A stretch of 64,000 nucleotides of DNA from Methanocellaceae archaeon UBA148 (GTDB lineage Archaea; Halobacteriota; UBA148). The stretch lies in assembly GCA_002495885.1 (NCBI GenBank), contig DAHG01000025.1, positions 84,353 to 148,352 of the forward strand, given 5' to 3'. The notes beneath the pieces were generated by a model. The model saw only the letters and a list, made by a program, of their open reading frames with translations. It ran no database searches and was not told the DNA's origin. The translations under genes and the position numbers were made by a program. Positions 62,484-64,000 of this stretch are shown piece by piece (positions within the stretch are counted from its first letter, which is position 1; each line of letters starts with the position of its first letter).

Positions 62484-62840
62484 CTAAAACCACATTGTTG
62501 CACTAGCCTCCAGTGCCAAGTCGTTCAGTGTTCCTGCGCCAACTATTTTTATTCCTTCTATCAAGTCAACTTTTTCCCAACCAAACATCTGTTTGGATGC
62601 TTCGCAAGCATAGATTTCAATTCCCATCTCCAGGGCCTTATTTATCATATCCAATACACTTGGAAAACTTCCAAGCTTTATCCTTTCAGCTACGCCCAGG
62701 AGCACGATTCTCAGGCCTTGACCTAAATAATACACTTTTGCGTCGATGTCCATCATATTCGCAGTTTGGGCCAAAACCAAAGGAGCGTACTGCCTTTCTG
62801 AAACATCACTTGTTTGCACATACAAAATAGAGTCTCCCAT
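62484..62840 (-). CDS. DsrE/DsrF-like sulfur-relay family protein
   Basis: 118 aa DsrE/YchN-like fold with a conserved Cys (YACEAS). Confidence 0.45.
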   Translation of the reverse strand: MGDSILYVQTSDVSERQYAPLVLAQTANMMDIDAKVYYLGQGLRIVLLGVAERIKLGSFPSVLDMINKALEMGIEIYACEASKQMFGWEKVDLIEGIKIVGAGTLNDLALEASATMWF

Positions 62841-62906
62841 TTTAGATCACCTGCCGTTCCTTATATTCCATTGAATAAGATACATATCTTACTCGTCTAA
62901 TTTAAG

Positions 62907-63152
62907 TCATTTCATCCTTTTTATATAGAATGTCAATATTGTCCCCTCTTTTTCAAATTTCAGAATATCGTGTCCAGTCCTCTTGGCCCAACGCTTAATA
63001 TCCTCTTCAGCTGCAGGGTCATCAGCATCAACCCTCAGCACCTGTCCTAGGTCAATGCCTTCTATTGCTTCCTTTGTCATGGAGATGGGCATGGGGCAGT
63101 AGAAACCGACACAATCCAGCTCTTTATCTGGCACAAGATCAGAATACGTCAT
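62907..63152 (-). CDS. tusA: TusA-like sulfurtransferase
   Basis: 81 aa. CPMP active-site motif (DCVGFYCPMP). Confidence 0.7.
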   Translation of the reverse strand: MTYSDLVPDKELDCVGFYCPMPISMTKEAIEGIDLGQVLRVDADDPAAEEDIKRWAKRTGHDILKFEKEGTILTFYIKRMK

Positions 63153-63264
63153 CGAATCCCCCGCATCTATTTTTCCTTTCCATTATTAGGATTATCAACA
63201 CCTATATCTGAACCACATAGTTATAATTTTATTTTCGTGTTTTTGTGCATCTTCTATACATCGC

Positions 63265-64000
63265 CTATGCATCAAAAATGTTTTTTGAAATGTACTTAAA
63301 AGCTGAAAGACTTGCAATAGCTCCTTGCCCGGCAGCAACAATTATCTGTTTTTCGGGAACATCAGTAACATCCCCCGCGGCAAATAATCCGGGAATATCA
63401 GTTTCACACCGCTGGTTCACAATGATCTCGTCCTTTTCGTTGGTATTGACACCACACCCTGGACCTTTGACAGGCATTGAGCCAATCTCGATGAAAACAC
63501 CCTGCACATCTAGGATTCTTTCTGCAGATTTGTTAACCTGTATTTTGATGTTATTGACAAATTTATTGCCCGAAATCTCTTTTGTTTTGGCGTTGTTAAG
63601 GATTTCAACTTTATCTGATTTTTTTATCTTTTCTATCATTACCTCATCCCCTGCCAGGTCATCATCGATATTAATCAGATAAATTTTGTTTGCAATGGAC
63701 ATTAGCTGAATAGCCGCATCCATGGCAGAATTACCACCACCGATCACTGCAACATCTTTTCCCGCAAATAGAGGTGCATCACATGTTGCGCAATATGTAA
63801 CTCCTCGGTTCCTGAATTTTATTTCGCCTGGCACGCCAAGTATCCTTGGCTCTCTTCCCGTAGCAACTATCGCAGTCAAACACTCATATTCTCCTTTATC
63901 CGTCTCCACTCTGAGATGATTGTTTAATTTTCTGACGCACAGTACCTCGGTATTTTCTTTTATTTCGATATCAAAACTTTTCAGGTGTTCTTCGAACTTT
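63265..64000 (-). CDS. trxB: Thioredoxin-reductase-like FAD/NAD(P) disulfide oxidoreductase. It is partial: the N-terminus lies beyond the window edge.
   Basis: CATCDAPLF redox-active disulfide and GGGNSAMD NADPH-binding site. The first roughly 100 residues with the FAD GxGxxG motif are missing, and the frame stays open to position 64000. Confidence 0.7.
   Translation of the reverse strand, partial: KFEEHLKSFDIEIKENTEVLCVRKLNNHLRVETDKGEYECLTAIVATGREPRILGVPGEIKFRNRGVTYCATCDAPLFAGKDVAVIGGGNSAMDAAIQLMSIANKIYLINIDDDLAGDEVMIEKIKKSDKVEILNNAKTKEISGNKFVNNIKIQVNKSAERILDVQGVFIEIGSMPVKGPGCGVNTNEKDEIIVNQRCETDIPGLFAAGDVTDVPEKQIIVAAGQGAIASLSAFKYISKNIFDA

Overview
This 64 kb window is an archaeal (euryarchaeal-type) chromosomal segment. 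The housekeeping genes include proteasome beta, aCPSF1/FttA, thermosome, family-B DNA polymerase, Hel308, XPD, KEOPS Cgi121, and an SRP RNA next to tRNA-Ser. An archaeal mevalonate operon (HMG-CoA synthase, thiolase, DUF35, HMG-CoA reductase) is followed by panB. pyrBI, carAB, purE/purC, ahcY and ilvD are also present. The accessory region is a complete type I CRISPR-Cas locus at about 44.2-58.8 kb. Its array has 41 apparently identical 30-bp repeats. The minus-strand operon runs cas6 to cas2 with toxin modules inside it: MntA-HepT and a second HEPN between cas6 and cas8, VapBC between cas3 and cas4, and a class II Fic gene translationally coupled to cas4-cas1-cas2. The cas6/cas8 junction sequence is duplicated around the HEPN/MNT cassettes, which points to nested insertion events. 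The effector block cas8-cas3 looks more AT-rich than the rest of the locus. Other observations: a degraded nrdD pseudogene and a frameshifted GNAT gene; a family of small palindromic repeats at three intergenic sites; a perfect 59-bp tandem duplication; a roughly 1 kb element remnant next to tRNA-Pro marked by a 17-bp att-like direct repeat; and an oxidative-stress, Fe-S and sulfur-transfer cluster at the right edge. All calls come from reading the six-frame translations and the DNA by eye, with no database searches.
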